This document shows positions 1-14,985 of a stretch of 64,000 nt of DNA, in pieces; positions within the stretch are counted from its first letter, which is position 1, and each line of letters begins with the position of its first letter. Both the position numbers and the translations under genes were made by a program. Below the pieces are notes generated by a model, which worked only from the letters and a program-made list of their open reading frames with translations, did not search any database and was not told the origin of the DNA. Source of the DNA: Marsupella aquatica (lineage: Eukaryota > Plantae > Marchantiophyta); NCBI GenBank assembly GCA_973895155.1, contig OZ316896.1, positions 21,761,150-21,825,149 of the forward strand, in the 5' to 3' direction.

Positions 1-1635
1 CAAAAGTTTAGCCAGACTCTATCAGGGGAGCTAGCGATGTACATCGGGCAACAGGTCTCGGCGTACTTCCAACTAGCCTTCTTCATGTTAGAGCACCAAC
101 CACGGATCGTAAGCCGCTTGGAGGAAGAACTCATGGCAAAGGGGAACGAGATCGGGCGCCTCCAAATGCTAGTGGAACACCTTGAGGAGGAGGCCACCAC
201 CCGCCATGAAGAGTTAGTCCGCACCATCGAACAACGGGAAGGACTCAACCAGGAGTTGAGCGCGACGCAAGCAGATCTCAAGAACCTGGAGGACACTGTG
301 CTTCAGCTACGCTCAGAGTCCTTGGCTTGGGTTACCAGCCTGACCGACCTCAACAAACAATTTCTACAAGCAGCTCAGCAGGTGGCTAGTGTCTCCGTCA
401 AGCGAGACAAATTGCTGGCGCAGAACCAGACCCATTGTGACTCCATCGGTAGCACGGCTCCAGACCGAGGCTGACAAAGCCACGAATGAGGTAGAGGAGG
501 CGGTATGGGATAACAAAGCCTTGCAGGAGCGCATTACCCTACTCATCAGCCAGTGGGGGGGACCTGGAACCACCTTTGATCAAGGCGGCTTCAGGTCTCG
601 CCCCGACAAGGGGACAAATCCTGGACCGACCACGGCACGCACGTAAGGGGTGGTTAGCAGAGGGAGCGGGCATGCGCCGCTCGTTGCGGTTGGGTGCGGC
701 ATCTTTTCCAATTAGGCTTAACGACAGAATAGCTGTCATTAGGCGCCGATTAGCGATGCAGTAGGAAGGATTAGGACAGGATCAGTTAGGATCATCCGGC
801 GTAGGATAGAGCCCATCGACGGACTAGAACTTTGGTCAGTAGGCTTAGCTATTGACGTCGGTCAACGCCCCTTGCCACTAACAGTCAACCGGTCAGGGAA
901 AATGTGGTCGGCTAGTCAGAAGGTAGTTAGTGAGTAGGCATTACCCCGGAAGGTAGTATCTTTTGGTTCCTTTCCGCAAGCGTAGTATTTAGGCTTCCCC
1001 TTCCGCTGTGGCGATGGGGAAGACTTAGTTTATCTTAGCGCAAGAAAAGGCGAGGCACGGGGAGTTCCGGCCTGAGCAGGGTCAGAGTGCACTAAGGAGT
1101 GAGAGCCGGAGTCGAGCTTGCTGGGCAAGGGCAGGGCGGGGCCTCGTAGAGACTGGGCATCGACTGCCGTTAGGCCTGCTGACCCCTTAGAAGTTGAGTC
1201 AACTATGTAAACCAATTCTTTGCTGAGTAAATGTAGTCTTTTCCCTTTGATTCTATCGCGAGTAATTGGTGTTGTGCGTATGCTTTGTCTGGGCAAAGGC
1301 ACCATTTGAAGGGACGTACCGGGTGCGGACTAATGATGGGGATTGCCATGAATTTCATGTCGCAAGGTTCTAAGTCGCGTCGATGGCTTGAAAGCCCCAA
1401 GCCGGGAGTTAATCTGAGTCACTAACTGCGGGAATATTCCAGCGATGGAAAACAAATATACATATGACCAGTGCGAGTTGTGTAAGTATTATACCAGTAA
1501 GTATATTGACTTAGCCCGACTTAGGGCTAATTAGGACCACTACACACCTCCTTGCCCGAACCCTCACCCCTACTGGTGGTTGTGGTCACCCCAGGGAACT
1601 AACTCGGATTTAAGGCCCGGGTTATGCGCGCGACA
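1..1635 (+). mobile_element. Probable 3' part of an LTR retrotransposon (Ty3/gypsy-like): broken coiled-coil ORF followed by an LTR-like tract
   Basis: ORFs 37..474 and 389..646 overlap and read like one frameshifted coiled-coil protein. The GC-rich tract ends ...TTAAGG...CGCGACA at 1635, resembling the end of the LTR-like repeat at 24355, and shares GGGGAAGACTTAG with that family. No RT or integrase is visible. Confidence 0.4.
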
Positions 1636-2452
1636 TCCACCATCAACCTCTATTCCCAAATGGGCATGCCAACCACCCACATGGGAATACGCAGGCTGGC
1701 GCTACATCTATAAGCATTGGCAGTCACCCTTGTCGTGTGCATACACATCATTACACAACATAATTACATTGTTTGTCACATACATTCAAACATGGGCACA
1801 ATCGAACATCACAAACATGGGACCAAGAATGGAGTACAAGTGAAACTCATGTCTAGACATGCCCAAACCCCACAGTAACATTTCAAAGTCTAGCTTCCAT
1901 TCAGGTTGCAACTCTCCATCCATGCATTTTGTCAAACCTTGTAGTTCATCTACTAGAAAGAGATAACATACACCAATTGGGTTTACGAATCCAAGCTTAA
2001 AGGTTTCCAATGGAACCAAGGTATCAGTGGGCTCCTCAAAATAGTCTGTCCATGCGGCCAGCCTTTGCCTCCTTTCTCATTCAATAGAAGGAGTTGGGTT
2101 ACCTTGGTTACCATATGTATAACCTCTCACATTTCCATACCATGATAGTCTAACATTTTAATTTCTCTTGTGAAACAAGTATGTCCATCCAGACTCTCAC
2201 TTCAAAATAAGCAGAAGTAAAGAAATTTATTAAAATCATACATCTTGCTGAATCTAAGATTCTGTTGCCATATTTCTCTCAATATTTGAGAATATAATCT
2301 TATTTCTCTCAACTACTCCTACCTTGAGATAGAGGAGAAGGTTTTGGGATCCCACTGCCACTATTGCTTGGGTTCCTTCCTTCAATCAAAAGCTGAATGG
2401 TACTATCCAAGATGAATGGTTGAAGTAGGATCCCACCAAGCTTATACAATGT

Positions 2453-4562
2453 CATTGCGCAGAAGATAACTTTGTGTAAAGATGTTTGCAGAGAAATGTT
2501 GTTGCACAAAAATTGCGATGCATAGAAGATGTCATGATCCCTGTCCCATGATCGCTGCGCAAGAAGCATTTAGAATTTTATTTGTATTTTCTTTTGTGCA
2601 TAGTTAACGGACGACCCACCACTTTTTGCAGGATTAATATTATAGTACTTGATGATATTATGGTTGTGGAAGTGTCGTTGGGTTGCGTGGTTGTTGTGCG
2701 GAAATGTTGTTATTTGAGTCAAATGTTAGGGACGGGGTTGGGGAGGGTGAGTGTGTGTGTGGAGGGCAGGGAGACCCAAGACGGGTAAGGGCATCCGAGG
2801 CATCGTGGGCTCTAGGTGGGGTTGGGGCTACATAGCGATGTTGAGAAGAGATAAAGATCTCAAGGCAAGGCAAAGATGTCAAGTAAAGGAAAAGATGTTG
2901 AGACGAGACAACTATGTCCATGAAATCAGAGGCAAAGGAATTGAAAGAGAGGCAAGGAAATTGTTTAGACATGTGAATATATATTGTTGTGGTGATTTGT
3001 TGTCATGGTCATGTGGTCATTGTGGCCATGGTGTCGAGCTAAGGCAAAGAATTGTGGGTAAGGCAAGCAAGTTGCTGAGGTATCTTATGTGCCCTTGCAA
3101 TCATGTTGTCATAGGTGCCATGGTGTTGTTGTGATTGAAATATGATCAATGCTCGTGTGTTACACTATTGTGGTTGCAATTGGCTAACTTATTCAAACTG
3201 TCTTTCCCCTCTCCCTCCTCTTTCCTGTTGCACAAAAATGTCAAGATAATGTAACAAATTTCAACTAAGACAAGGAACTGTTAATGTTCCGGCTGGGTCA
3301 TCTACACAGTCACGTCTGTGATTGTAAAATATTGGCTGGATGGGTGTGATTGCAAAAATGTCATCAATTTGGTCATGTAAAAACATTGTTCAAGGGGAGG
3401 GCAAACTTGAGGGGCTGAAGACGCAAGATAGCATCCACCACATAGTAGAATCCAAGCACAACCAAGTGACAAGGAGAATATATGTTTTTTTATTTATATT
3501 AATTTATATTCAAAGGTTGTTCAAATTTTCCAATTTTTTCCAATTTTTTAAATAGAAATATGAATAAAATTATTATTTTTCAATTAAGTTTTTCATCTCT
3601 GGCAGGCTAAAGGCAGCTTAGCCAGGCAATTATTTTAGATGGTGTGTATGGATACATCTGACCGTGTTTAAAAACAATGTTTTGGTGAAGGGTCAGGATT
3701 GGTTCCCACTTTCTTCTTAGTGATTTGGCACTGTGCAGGGAGGGATATTGGAGAGGGTGAGGAGAAGTGGCTTGGAAGGAAAAAAAATTAAAAAGGGAGA
3801 TGGAGTGAAATAAAAGGAAAAAGTGAAAAAGTTGGGAAATGAGAATAAATTTTAAAAACCAAAAAAAAGATTTTCATGCCTAGAAAAATTGAAGATATTT
3901 GCATATAATTTTTTTTATAGAAATTGAAAACTAAAAAGCTAAAGTGCAACCCTTTTTGCAAAATCAAACTTGGTGACCTCATACAATGGTCCTAGTTACC
4001 CATCTAGCATCCCCATGCTCTCACCTTATCCCTCCCCAACAATAACACTTTCCACAATAGTGACCATAATGATCATGTTTTTGCAACAACAATTACTGAG
4101 CCAAATGATGGCATCTTTTGTGGAACCAACAAGGAATGAGCTTGCCTTCATTTCTTTGCCTTACCTAGACATATTTGTATATTGTGATCTATTCTAGTGA
4201 TATTTATGATTTACTTAATTACATCTTTTGCACACCATCTTTTATGCATGGAATGGTGCCTTTTATTCAATGAAACCCCAAACGCAACAACATCTTTTAT
4301 GCAACAACTTCTGTTACATATTGACATCTTTCCTACACGATATCTATTGTGCAACAACATGTTTTACGCAATGACATATTTATGCAATGATATCTTTTGT
4401 TAAAAGCACACGTGGAATGAGTTTGCCTAAAAAAATTTATATTGTCTTGACATTTTTGTCTCACCTCAACATTTTTGCCTCCCCTCAACATCTTTGTTTT
4501 GCCTGGACAGCTTTCTCCTAACCTCTACATCTTTTCCTCACCTTGGCATCTTCTCTGCAATG
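2453..4562. mobile_element. Degenerate foldback/MULE-like element with long imperfect inverted arms
   Basis: CATTGCGCAGAAGAT (~2453) matches the reverse complement of ATCTTCTCTGCAATG (~4562). AAGATGT-rich motifs at 2460-2970 mirror ACATCTT-rich motifs at 4100-4560. No clear TSD. Confidence 0.4.
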
Positions 4563-5744
4563 CTTTGGTACTGGGCTAGTCCAACATAAAAGGTATGGAG
4601 TAGGATGCATGTCATCCCAACTGATATGGAAGTAACATAACCAACCTACTCTAGTCTATAAAATACATCAAAACATTATTTTCTCTGGCTCACTATTGCT
4701 CTAGTTCCTTCCTTCAATAAAGAAGCTGACTAATACTATCCAAGATGAAAGGTTGTCATCTAGTCAACAAAAAAGCTAGATGTGATACTATCCAAGATGA
4801 AGGGTTCTTCAGTCAACTGAAAAGCTGAATGTATATTATCCAAGATGAAAAGTTTGGAGTAGGTTCCCATCCAAGCTTTCACAAAAGTAACAGAACCAAC
4901 CTATCACAGTTGGCTCTGTCTGAGCCCACACTCTATAAGCTCATCATCTTGTTCTTCCATTTAAAATTTAAACTGAAGAAGTGAACTTTGGGAATCTTTT
5001 CTAAGCTCACACAGGCCTGGAATCATTTTGCTAAACAACAGCATTTACTGATAAATCCATGCCCATTCTTAGTAGAGTAAAAGATGCAGTTAGGGAGTGT
5101 GGGCACAAAATTTAGGACAGGGACACAAGGTATGAGGTTGCTCATTGACAGAGGGGCCGTTAGGCCTGTCATTAGGGCATGTCAAAGCACAGTTATAACT
5201 CAATTATGGCTCAGGACATAAAACATTGTTACGACCAGGACAAAATCACTATGGGCTACCAAAATACATACCCCATAAGTGTGATACATACATAAAAATA
5301 AAAGCATAGCACTTTGGTTATGGGAGAATTTTGACACACTCTATTACACATTCAACAAAGGGATGCAAATCATCTATGTTTATCAATAAGTGCGTTTTTT
5401 AGTGGGTTTGTGTTTATCAAGGAATGCAACACCTGGTTAGTGCATGTTGGACCCATTGTCCCAACAGCAGCTTGGAGAGAGTTAACTGTAATGTCTAAAA
5501 TAAGTTAGTTCATTAAAACATATTTGCCTTCCCGAGAGTGTGCACTTGGAGAGAGTTAATTGTACCCTCTAAAATAAATAAGTCAATTTAAAATATATTT
5601 ATTCTCGTGCAGTTATAATGCGTTAATTACATTCTTTGGAAAAATGTAATGATTAATTAAAACATGATTGTCTTCACCAGAAGGTGCACTCAGAGAGAAT
5701 TAACTATAATCTCAAAAATTGCCGATTAATTGGCTGAGCTTAGT

Positions 5745-5920
5745 GGTGGGGGCCCGAAAATGCCTCCAAATCTTTTTTCTGCACATATGAATTCTGCAAA
5801 ATAAGTGTACAATACTAAAAAAAATTACATTTGTGACTAAGCCTCTTTGGTCATGGGCCTGGTTAATTAAACCATGATTAAAACATCGACTGCTCGGAAC
5901 CGTCCACCCGAGTTAGGGTT
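5745..5920 (+). promoter_or_regulatory. RPL22 promoter with site II-like (GGGCC) motifs and a telo-box-like motif
   Basis: GGGGGCCC ~5750, TGGGCC ~5854 and TTAGGGTT ~5913. This combination is typical of plant ribosomal protein promoters. Confidence 0.45.
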
Positions 5921-6150
5921 CGGAGGGAGTGGGTGATGAAGGCTGTGCCATCAAGAGTGGCGCTTCGACTGATTTCTCGTTCTTTCGCCCTAAACGCGCA
6001 CTCGAGCTCGAAAGTGTCGAAGGATCCGATCCTCGAGCAGCCAGCCGCTCCACCGATTTCTCGTGCATTCGACCTAGACGCGCAGCTAGTTTTGCTGAAA
6101 CAAAGGTGGGTTCGATCCGATCCGCGAGTAGCAGCAGGATTTGAGCAGCG

Positions 6151-6715
6151 ATGGCGCCGGTCGTGGCAACGAAGAAGCCTACGGGAGCCGGCACCAAGAG
6201 CAAGAAGAAGCCGTCCACCTTCACCATCGACTGCGGAAAGCCCGTCGATGACAAGATCATGGACATCGCCTCGTTCGAGAAGTTCCTGCAGGACCGCATC
6301 AAGGTGGGCGGCAAGGCGGGAGTTCTGGGTGATGCTGTCACCATTGTGAGGGACAAGAACAAGATCAGTGTCACCTCCGAGAACGCCTTTTCGAAGAGGT
6401 GTGTACTTCGGTCGTTTGTTTGATTTTCACTTTGTGTTGGAAAATTTTAGTGGGATGTCCGGGTTATGGCCCCAGGGCTTGCATGTGTAGTTCAATTCAT
6501 TGCTTTGTTTCTTCTGTGACTGTCGTTTTGATGTGTCATTCAAATATTGCCCAATCTTCCTTTGCTGCAGATACCTAAAGTACCTCACGAAAAAGTACTT
6601 GAAGCAGCACAATGTGAGGGATTGGTTGCGAGTGATCGCCTCCAACAAGGATAGGAATGTGTACGAGCTGAGATACTTCAACATCGCCGATAATGAGGCG
6701 GAGGACGAAGATTAG
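6151..6715 (+). CDS. RPL22: 60S ribosomal protein L22 (eL22), 130 aa; exons 6151-6398 and 6571-6715
   Basis: Motifs [57 protein letters not shown] and YELRYFNI. The GT..AG intron 6399-6570 joins the exons in frame. Confidence 0.97.
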
Positions 6716-9700
6716 CTTTTGATATAGACACTGGGGATTAGTTGTCCTTGTAGTAACTCAATTTTGACTTGGATTGCCGTGCTGGTGGATGCTAGTTTTG
6801 TACTTCAATTCATTCCGACGAATTTAAGTAACGTTTCACTTAAGCGGAAGGAGGTGTGTTCAAGCTAGGGTTTCTCGGTGAGACCTAGTCTTGTGGAAGT
6901 ACCACGCTATTCCTACTCGTTGTCATTCTTCGCGATTGAGTGCATTAGACTTATAACTCTCCGCCGTGGCATTCGAATTTCGATGGTTCTTATTCTGGAA
7001 GGAATGGCGGCCGTTGTCATTTTGCTTGATGTTTGGAATTTCGGGGTTTGATTGCTATGTATCGGACTTCAAAAAGACCTAAAAGTATAAGTGAATTGCT
7101 GTGTAAGCTGGTCCCTTCCGGCTGTTTTTCCTTTGACTTCCAGCGTTCATCAGACAGCCTGTTTCATGAGTGATTGTTGCAAGACTCGTGGCATAAGATC
7201 TCTCCGATATTATATCATATTGTACAATGGATGTTCTTGCACGCAGAACTGGTGGGTCGGCATCAAAAGAAAGTTGCAGGTGGGGCATCCCGAAGCCCTT
7301 GAATGCAAGCCCACCTGTGAAGCAATTTCCCCTCTTCCTGAAACCCTCTCGAATGTGTTGGAGATTACGTGATCAGCCACTATTGTAGGACCTCGATTTA
7401 CGTTTCATCGTAGAGCTTGATCGAACCATGACGGGGAGCTCTATAGGTGCAGGTCGATTTCGGATTGATCGTTGAGGCGGATCAAGTACGTCGAAACATC
7501 AGCGGGCAGCCCTTACTGTGCAGCTCCATTTCGAGCAGTTCTCGATTGCCCTCAAGGACAACATGGAGTAGAGCCCCTTTGATAACCCGAATCCACCTGA
7601 ACACTGAAATCGATTCGCAAACTTGGTCAGACCCTATTCAAAGGTGTATCTGACCCTGCTCAAAGCTTCTCAAACTTGTTAGGAGGGGTCGGGTTGACGG
7701 TCTGCTGAGCAGTGGGCTTGGGAAGGTTCTTATGAATGCAAGAAAGCACTAGAGAGAAGAGGGTAAGAATGGTTGTTCCGTTAGCAGGAATTCAGGCATT
7801 TTGCACGAAGATGCGTGCGGTTTTCGGACTCGTTTGCGTCGATGTTCGTTTGTTTGCACTTGTGCGGTTCTGCAGATGTAGAATAGGATAACTCACCATT
7901 GAGGTGGTAATGGGCTGGGATTCCCCAGGTCGTTGCGATTGTGCTAATCTCCTAAATAGGTTGGGTTCAACTCATTATCAGATGGGACAATAGCGTCTAC
8001 ATGAAAACTGGGAACGATCATAACCGAATTGCAATAGTGTTTGCGGATGTCAAACAGGGTGCGATCACCTTCACTTCAGTAGTAGGAAAATTTGGCATAA
8101 TGCGAAAGAAGTAACAGTTTGATTATCGACACAGCCTAAGTAACGTAGGTTGTTCACTGCATGAAATAGAGGGACCACGAATCAGGGGATTGCAGGGCAA
8201 TGTATTCATATTTCAGTCTGACATCTACGAAATCCGCACAACATAAAGGAAGCCACAACTGAAGCCCAAGTGTGGCGCTTGTAGCCTCCTCAACTCATAG
8301 TGTGAGGTAAAACAAGTTCTTGTTTCTGAGTTTGAATTTTTGGGCAGATTTTACATCTTCTTTGGTTCATCTCTGGTCTTCCGGTAACCTCGATATTGAG
8401 GATGTCGTAGGTATGAAATAACTCTTCAAGTAGATCATTGTTCATAATTAGCTCCATGCAAGTCATCAAGGGCTTCCGAAAACTGCTTTACAACTCCCCT
8501 TGTTACAGAATCAAATTCTGACCCTGAGTCCCATCACGGATCTTGCCTGAGAGAGCCTGCAGGATTGTCGTACAGTTTCTGCAAGTCCATGTTGGATTGT
8601 CAGCTGAAAAGTTTAAGGCACAGTAACGTTTAGATCATAGAAAAACTGAATCCTCATACCCATAGTATGATCTGCATCCACCCACTTCTCCAACAGTAAT
8701 TCTACAAGATTACAAAAGCATAGCAAAATTCCTTAGTGTAATATCAAAGCATGGGTTGCAGAGTGCAATGAATTGATTCGACGTGGTTACAAGGCCATTT
8801 CATCAAATTGAATCATTTGCATGGGCTATCTTAGATGCAGAGTACTGATTTCCTGAAGTGGTAAGTGTCCAGTAGTTGTTATTGTGGGATTGACTTGAAA
8901 CTCGTTGGTATGTTAGATCATCAAGCCTAAATCTACTAATTGCCTTAGCTTGAATGTGAATTTCTTGTAAGCATTGTTTCGTCTCCTGACTAAGAAGTAG
9001 CCATTAAGAAATTTTACATTTGAGGCCGGGGCATCAAAGTCGTGAAACCGATGGCCTGGCACAGCGCGAGTTCTCCTGAAGCAGTATCGTGCTTGCTTTG
9101 GATGATCGACCCTGAAACAAGTTTTTGCAATGCAGTTACAGTACACTGTTCAGGACACTTCATAAACTTAAGATCGATACGATGCTGTTGCTCGTTGTTC
9201 CAGAGACAGTAAGTTCTTTCAGAATTATTTCGGACTGTAACGGAGGCTAAATATACTACACCTAAACGAAACCTCCCAACAATGGGACCGATTTCTCTTA
9301 CCTAAGACCTAGCAGAGCGTGGTGCTGATCAGTTTTGTCCTGTATCAACCTCCAGGGGAAAATTTGAGACAGACGTTTCTTTTCATTTGTTGAGGATGAT
9401 GTCATCAGGGCTCGTCGATACTTTGACGAACTGTTGACCACATCCCGGCCTTACTTAGCGAAGAAACTCCCAGTTATGGGCCACACGAGCCAAAAATTTA
9501 TGATTTCATCATGGAAAAGACCCACGTCTCGGTCCAAACTTCTCTATAAAAGTTATCATTATAGTTAATCACACTGACATTTGATATGATGAAAACGAAA
9601 TAGAAATCACCTCCTCATGAGAACTCGATTCTAACTCTTCATCGGCCGCAAGATATACCACGGCACGGCCTTCCAAATATCTTATCCTATCACTGGCCAG

Positions 9701-12197
9701 AATTCAACAGGGAGACAAATCTGTAACAGAGGTTGATGTGAGTTGCGACTGGTAACACAAGAACAACATTGTATATGTAGATGGCCAGGTACACTCGTGA
9801 CGTTACCATTTACTGTTCACTCCTGACTTCCCAGGGACCAATGCTGAAGGAGTGTGATTGAGAAGAACGACGGATGAGAAGTGAATGGCTTGATGTGGAT
9901 ATAACTTGGCACTAAAGATGGTCAGTTTTCAATGACAGAAACTGGGTCACGGTATATGCAACACAACTGATCCCTATCGCATGGAGACTAAACCACTGAG
10001 CTAGTGGTCCAAATATATTATTTACGAGCATGCAGTAGGCGCTGGGATTGTGAGACACAACAACAGTTACTGCAAAGGGTCACTTAATATTAATCACTTC
10101 ATACCAGTTCCTTCTCCTTCTGAAGGTGGGCTTGATGATGTTGATGGATGAACTTGGGTCTTTTCATTCGAGAGATACTGTCACCTGAAGTAAGGCAGCG
10201 CACATTATGCAGAGATTCTGGCATCACCCAGCCTAACTTTTGCGGTGATGATTATCTAATGCCCAAGAACAGCTTGGTGTCATGGCTGAGGTTGGAGAAT
10301 TGGGACACATCCTATTGATTCACTGTTGTTGAATTGTGAGGTTGGAAAATTGAAACACATCGTATGGCTGTCCGTATGATCATCAACAGTCAGTCACCGC
10401 AGTCACTATTGATGATCAACCAACATGTTCATATTGGTTGATGAATAATTATAGTCCCTTATCAGTTAAAGGAAGACTTGGTCAACAAGCCAGGAACACC
10501 TAATTAGTTACACAGCGTTGAGTTAACTCAAACACAACAGATATTAAAGTAGTAGAATCACTGAGGCCCACTTCTCACTTCATGCTTGTTCAAGGTGGTG
10601 AACACTCAATTGACAAGGAGCTGTTGTTATCTGTGATTGACATAGCTGCAATTTGTTTATAGTTTCTTCCTATGGCAGTCTTGATAATGATGGATGCACG
10701 TGCATTTTTATTAATAGTAAACCAGGTTACCTGAAATTCCTGAGCAGAAGTTCTTGTCATGCTTTGAGCAAATGCAGTTGTCATGGCTAATATTGTGATA
10801 GCTGGGAGACCAGAACAGTTGGTTTGGCATAGTCTTGATGTCGAAAGATGAACGTGGGCATTTTAATTACTTGAAAACTACTGTACTAGGTCACCTGAAC
10901 GAAGCAGGCTAGGCCCTTTTGGGAGATACTGGGACCACTCAGACTAAGATCTGCTCTCACAAGTAGCTGATGTTGAGTCAGTTGTAATTTACTCTCAGTC
11001 ATGGCTTACTGTCAAGGGACGGAGAATCCAGCTAGGTTGTTGTGCATGGAAGTCTGGCTGAATTTGACACTTCAATTCCTTTTCTTGATAGGGAAAGCCT
11101 TGCAACTCAAATGAATCTGCATGATTTCTCTTCGCTCTTTGACCAGAAAGTTGTTAAGGATGGAGAATTCGGATACGTTGTTGTGCATGGCAGTCTGGCT
11201 GATTTTGATTGATGTATGCGCTTGATAGGGAGAACCTTTCAACTCAAGTGAAGTTACACAGCCTGGCTACCCACTTTGCACAATGCAGGATTCGTTTGGT
11301 CCAACTTTTCGGGGATGGTTTCTCTTCCATCGCTGACCACGAAGTTGTGGTGTTTGCTTAGTTGTTGTGTGTCACAATCCAAACGCCAACTGCATGTGGC
11401 GACTGGCAATTTCTGTAGGTGGGGCCGCTTTTCGTTCAGCAAGATAGTTGAACGGTACCTTGTGTGTCACATTGGTCTAAGCTGGAGAGAGCTCATGTCA
11501 TGCAAAAAGAGTTCAATGGTGGTTTCTGTGGATAAGTTTGAAGCCACAGTAGACGGCCAATAATGCCTCCAAACCAAAAGTACAAATCTCTTTCTCATGA
11601 CTCTGGGTTTCTTGCTGTCCTACCTTTTTCCACTCATACGGTTCTCTTTTTTACAAGAATCTGAATCAATGTCTGAAGACGAGCACAAGCACCTGAAGGG
11701 GGCAAGTCCCGTGTTATGAGGCTAAAAGGTGAAATGGTTATGAAACATCAATAAACTAAGAGCTCCCTCAGAGTCAGCGTACGTTACTCACAATTGGCAT
11801 AGGAGCTGACACTGGCAGAAGGGCTTCAGGATGTGTTTTGCTGTCATCAGCAGTTCTGCTGGAGCAGAATGAGATAGCCAACATGAGGCAACTGTGAGTT
11901 CATAGCACTGCCTCACCATCTCAACCAGACTTTCATCAGTCAATCTATGAAAATGCCATAAAGCACAAACCAGCATCCATGATTGTCTCCTGCAGCGCAT
12001 TATAGCAAGAGCACAATGACAGCAATGCAAAAATTTATAGTTACTCGTTTTTTGGGCTTATGAGAAGTGACCACGGTTCATTTCACCCCTTTCCTATTAG
12101 CCAACTTGTTTAACTCTAAACACTCCTCCATGCCCAGCCGCTCAACTATGTACAACTGCCCTATGCCAGTGCGGAGGGCCGGCGCATAGGGCAGTTG

Positions 12198-12377
12198 GGC
12201 CGGGGCATTTATGGGACAGCGGGAAGCACTTATGTGTTAGGGGTGCACATTTCTTCCATCAATGGTCAGGAAAAACATCAATCAAATCCAATGACTGTGG
12301 AGCTTTCCCGCCCATGAGTTTTTTTTTATTAGGACAAGGAACGAAATAAATATTGGATCCCTTATTATAGTTGTAGA
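12198..12377 (+). repeat. Dispersed ~180-bp repeat, copy 1 (copy 2 at ~14986-15152)
   Basis: Both copies share GGGCATTTATGGG...TCCATCAATG.TCAGG...GGATCCCTTATTATAGTTGTAGAT. Confidence 0.7.
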
Positions 12378-14985
12378 TTGTCTGTTGCAGGTATCAAGAA
12401 ATGCATGTGTACAATTTGTAAACCTCATTGGAGGATCAGTTGGAGGGTCAGGGAGAGGGAATTGTCTAGAGGCCCTAAAAATTGTCTAGAGTCCCTAAAA
12501 TCAGCAACCTGTGTACAACATGTAAACAGCATTTAAGGGTCAGGGAGAGGTAATTGTCCAGAGGCCCTAAAATAAACAGCCTCTGTACTCAGAAGAATAA
12601 TGGATGCATGAACCAAGCAAGAGACACCCACTATTTATAGAAGGCAATAGGAAGGGAGCTTTTTCTGTTTTTTAAAGGAGAGATAGTGTCTGTTGGTAGA
12701 CATAGGCAATTAGGAGAAGCAAGTTGGGCCAAAGGATATGAGCGGTACTCATCATTGTTCGGCTGTTTGTCTTCTAGCTACCTCTAGCTAGCTTAGACTA
12801 TTAGCCCATGCTCGTGGCATGGGCAGACTTTTTGCACAACAAGCATGGTCAAACTAATGGTGGGCCTTACATTTCAGCCTACTGTAGATTTTAGCACATT
12901 TTCTTATAGCACTTCTACAGTCGCCAATCTACCCTACTAAATATCAAGTTTGCTCAAAACACAATTAATTTTTGAAACTTTCAGTTCCTAGGACAAATTT
13001 TGAGGTAGTATTTGTGAAGCATGGGAAATATATATTAGTTTTCATATAAGGCTTTAGAGCAGGCGAGGGGATTGAATCACCCAAGCAAAGGAAACAAAAA
13101 CCACCAAAGTGGAGAGGGGAGTGAAGGAATCAGCCCCACACCCGAGCAAACACATTAGTCCGGTCAGAGTACCCTAATGAGACATTTACACAAAGGACGT
13201 CTAAAAAGCCACACTACTTCTAACCATTGAGGCTTTTGGATTCTGATACTATTAGGGCATCTCAAAAGCTTGGAAATTATGGATGATGGCATTCGGTCAT
13301 AAAGAATAGGTCATAAAGTTTCACTAACAGGACTATGTAATTTTGTTTTTTCTTTCACCAACCTCTACAGTGACTAATGCTTACGGATAAGACCAATTTT
13401 TATGTCAAAAATTATGAACTATGAATTTTCAGGAAATGAGGCTCAAATGACTGAGGATGTTTTGCACAGGCCTTGGACGAACAGAGGTCACTGGCATTCC
13501 GTGTGGAGTAAGCCAAAGCCCCAAGGGGGTTATGGGATGTAATCCTCAAGGGTGATGAGCCCAAGGGGGTGACAGCCATGGCTCACCAGTGGCCATGGAG
13601 TCAGGAGTGTAATCACCTGAGCATACTTTTGGTCTATTTTTGACCTGAAATTGGATGACCACTCAAGGCTGGCTAGCCAGAGGCTAAAATTTCATAATCC
13701 CCTGGCCAGGCTGGTAGGGGAATTATGACTCGTAACCATCTATAAAAATGCAAAGAGAATTTCACATAAGGGATTTACTCTAATAAGTAGTGTAGTAGCC
13801 TTTCAAGAATGAAATTTGAAAAATAACCCTCTAGCAGACCCTCACTATTTGTAGGGCAATGGTCTGAGTGGAATAGGCTCGTGACTTTCTTCCCTAAAAG
13901 TGTTTTGTAGATGTTAGAGTATTTTTTGGGCCACCCACCCACAAATATAGAGCACACCACCCAGGCCAATGATGGTGGTGTCCACTACGCAACACCTGGA
14001 TCATGTAGATATTATCATGCTTTCAAGATTTCCTCCTCCAATTGGGAAACTGGTCTCTCTTTACACCCAAAGTCTTTGGCTAGCTCCATGGTCAATTCTA
14101 GGGCATGTTTTCCTTCAACCCCCCTTACCACATCTGCCTCAAGAGCTGCCTCTACCAGTGGTTGCTATCGGTTACCTGTAGCTCTCATTGTACATACCAT
14201 ACAATGAGGAGGTAGTATGTATTCAAAGCAATGTTATAAAAAGTTTTGTCCTCATTTACATATGGACAGTTGAATTTGTAGATCTCTGCAAGACCTACAT
14301 TCCCCAAGAAATCACATCCCAAAGTAGTTAATGTTTTTATAGTTGTTGTTAATGATGATCCCTGAAATCTAATTGGCCGTGGAGGGCTGGGCAGCATGGG
14401 GCACCTGGCCTGCAATGTTTGGCAGGGGCCAGCAGCCACTGGCAATTGCAAAGTGGACTTAGAGCATCCCCAATGTTCGGGCTGATGTGTTCGGGCTGAT
14501 GTTAGACTCAACATAACGTTGAGCCAAAAAGGCAACTCAGGTGGGTTACTGGAACGTTATTCAGTCGTGAGCTTACTGGATTTTTTTGTTATTGGATTTG
14601 TGTAGAGCTGTTGTATAGTCCATTGACTAAATACATTATTCATTCCTGGGTTCTCAAGATTTAATGGTTAGTATCGGACGGTGCCAATGTCAAGAGGTAT
14701 TAAAAACCCACTAACCATTGGTTGTTGGGCCTCTTTGGTCTTCTTGGGGTCTTTCTCTTCCATCCTTTATTGGGTTCTTTTGCCTTTGGGATCATGTCTC
14801 TCCATTTAGTGCTCTTGTCTTTTTGGCAATGTCATATATAGTAACCATTGAGTTTGTATTTTGACATATCATCTTTGCTACATAGGGTATACTAAAAAAG
14901 ACAACTCTTTAATATATTTAACGAGCCCTATGCTAGTGTGTTGCACTCTGCAAGAAAGACTGTGCACAAGCCCATAGGGAGCCAG

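Noticed and set aside
5913-6374. ORFs of 153 aa (minus) and 138 aa (plus) overlapping RPL22
   Set aside because: Shadow frames of a GC-rich exon and leader with no recognisable protein.
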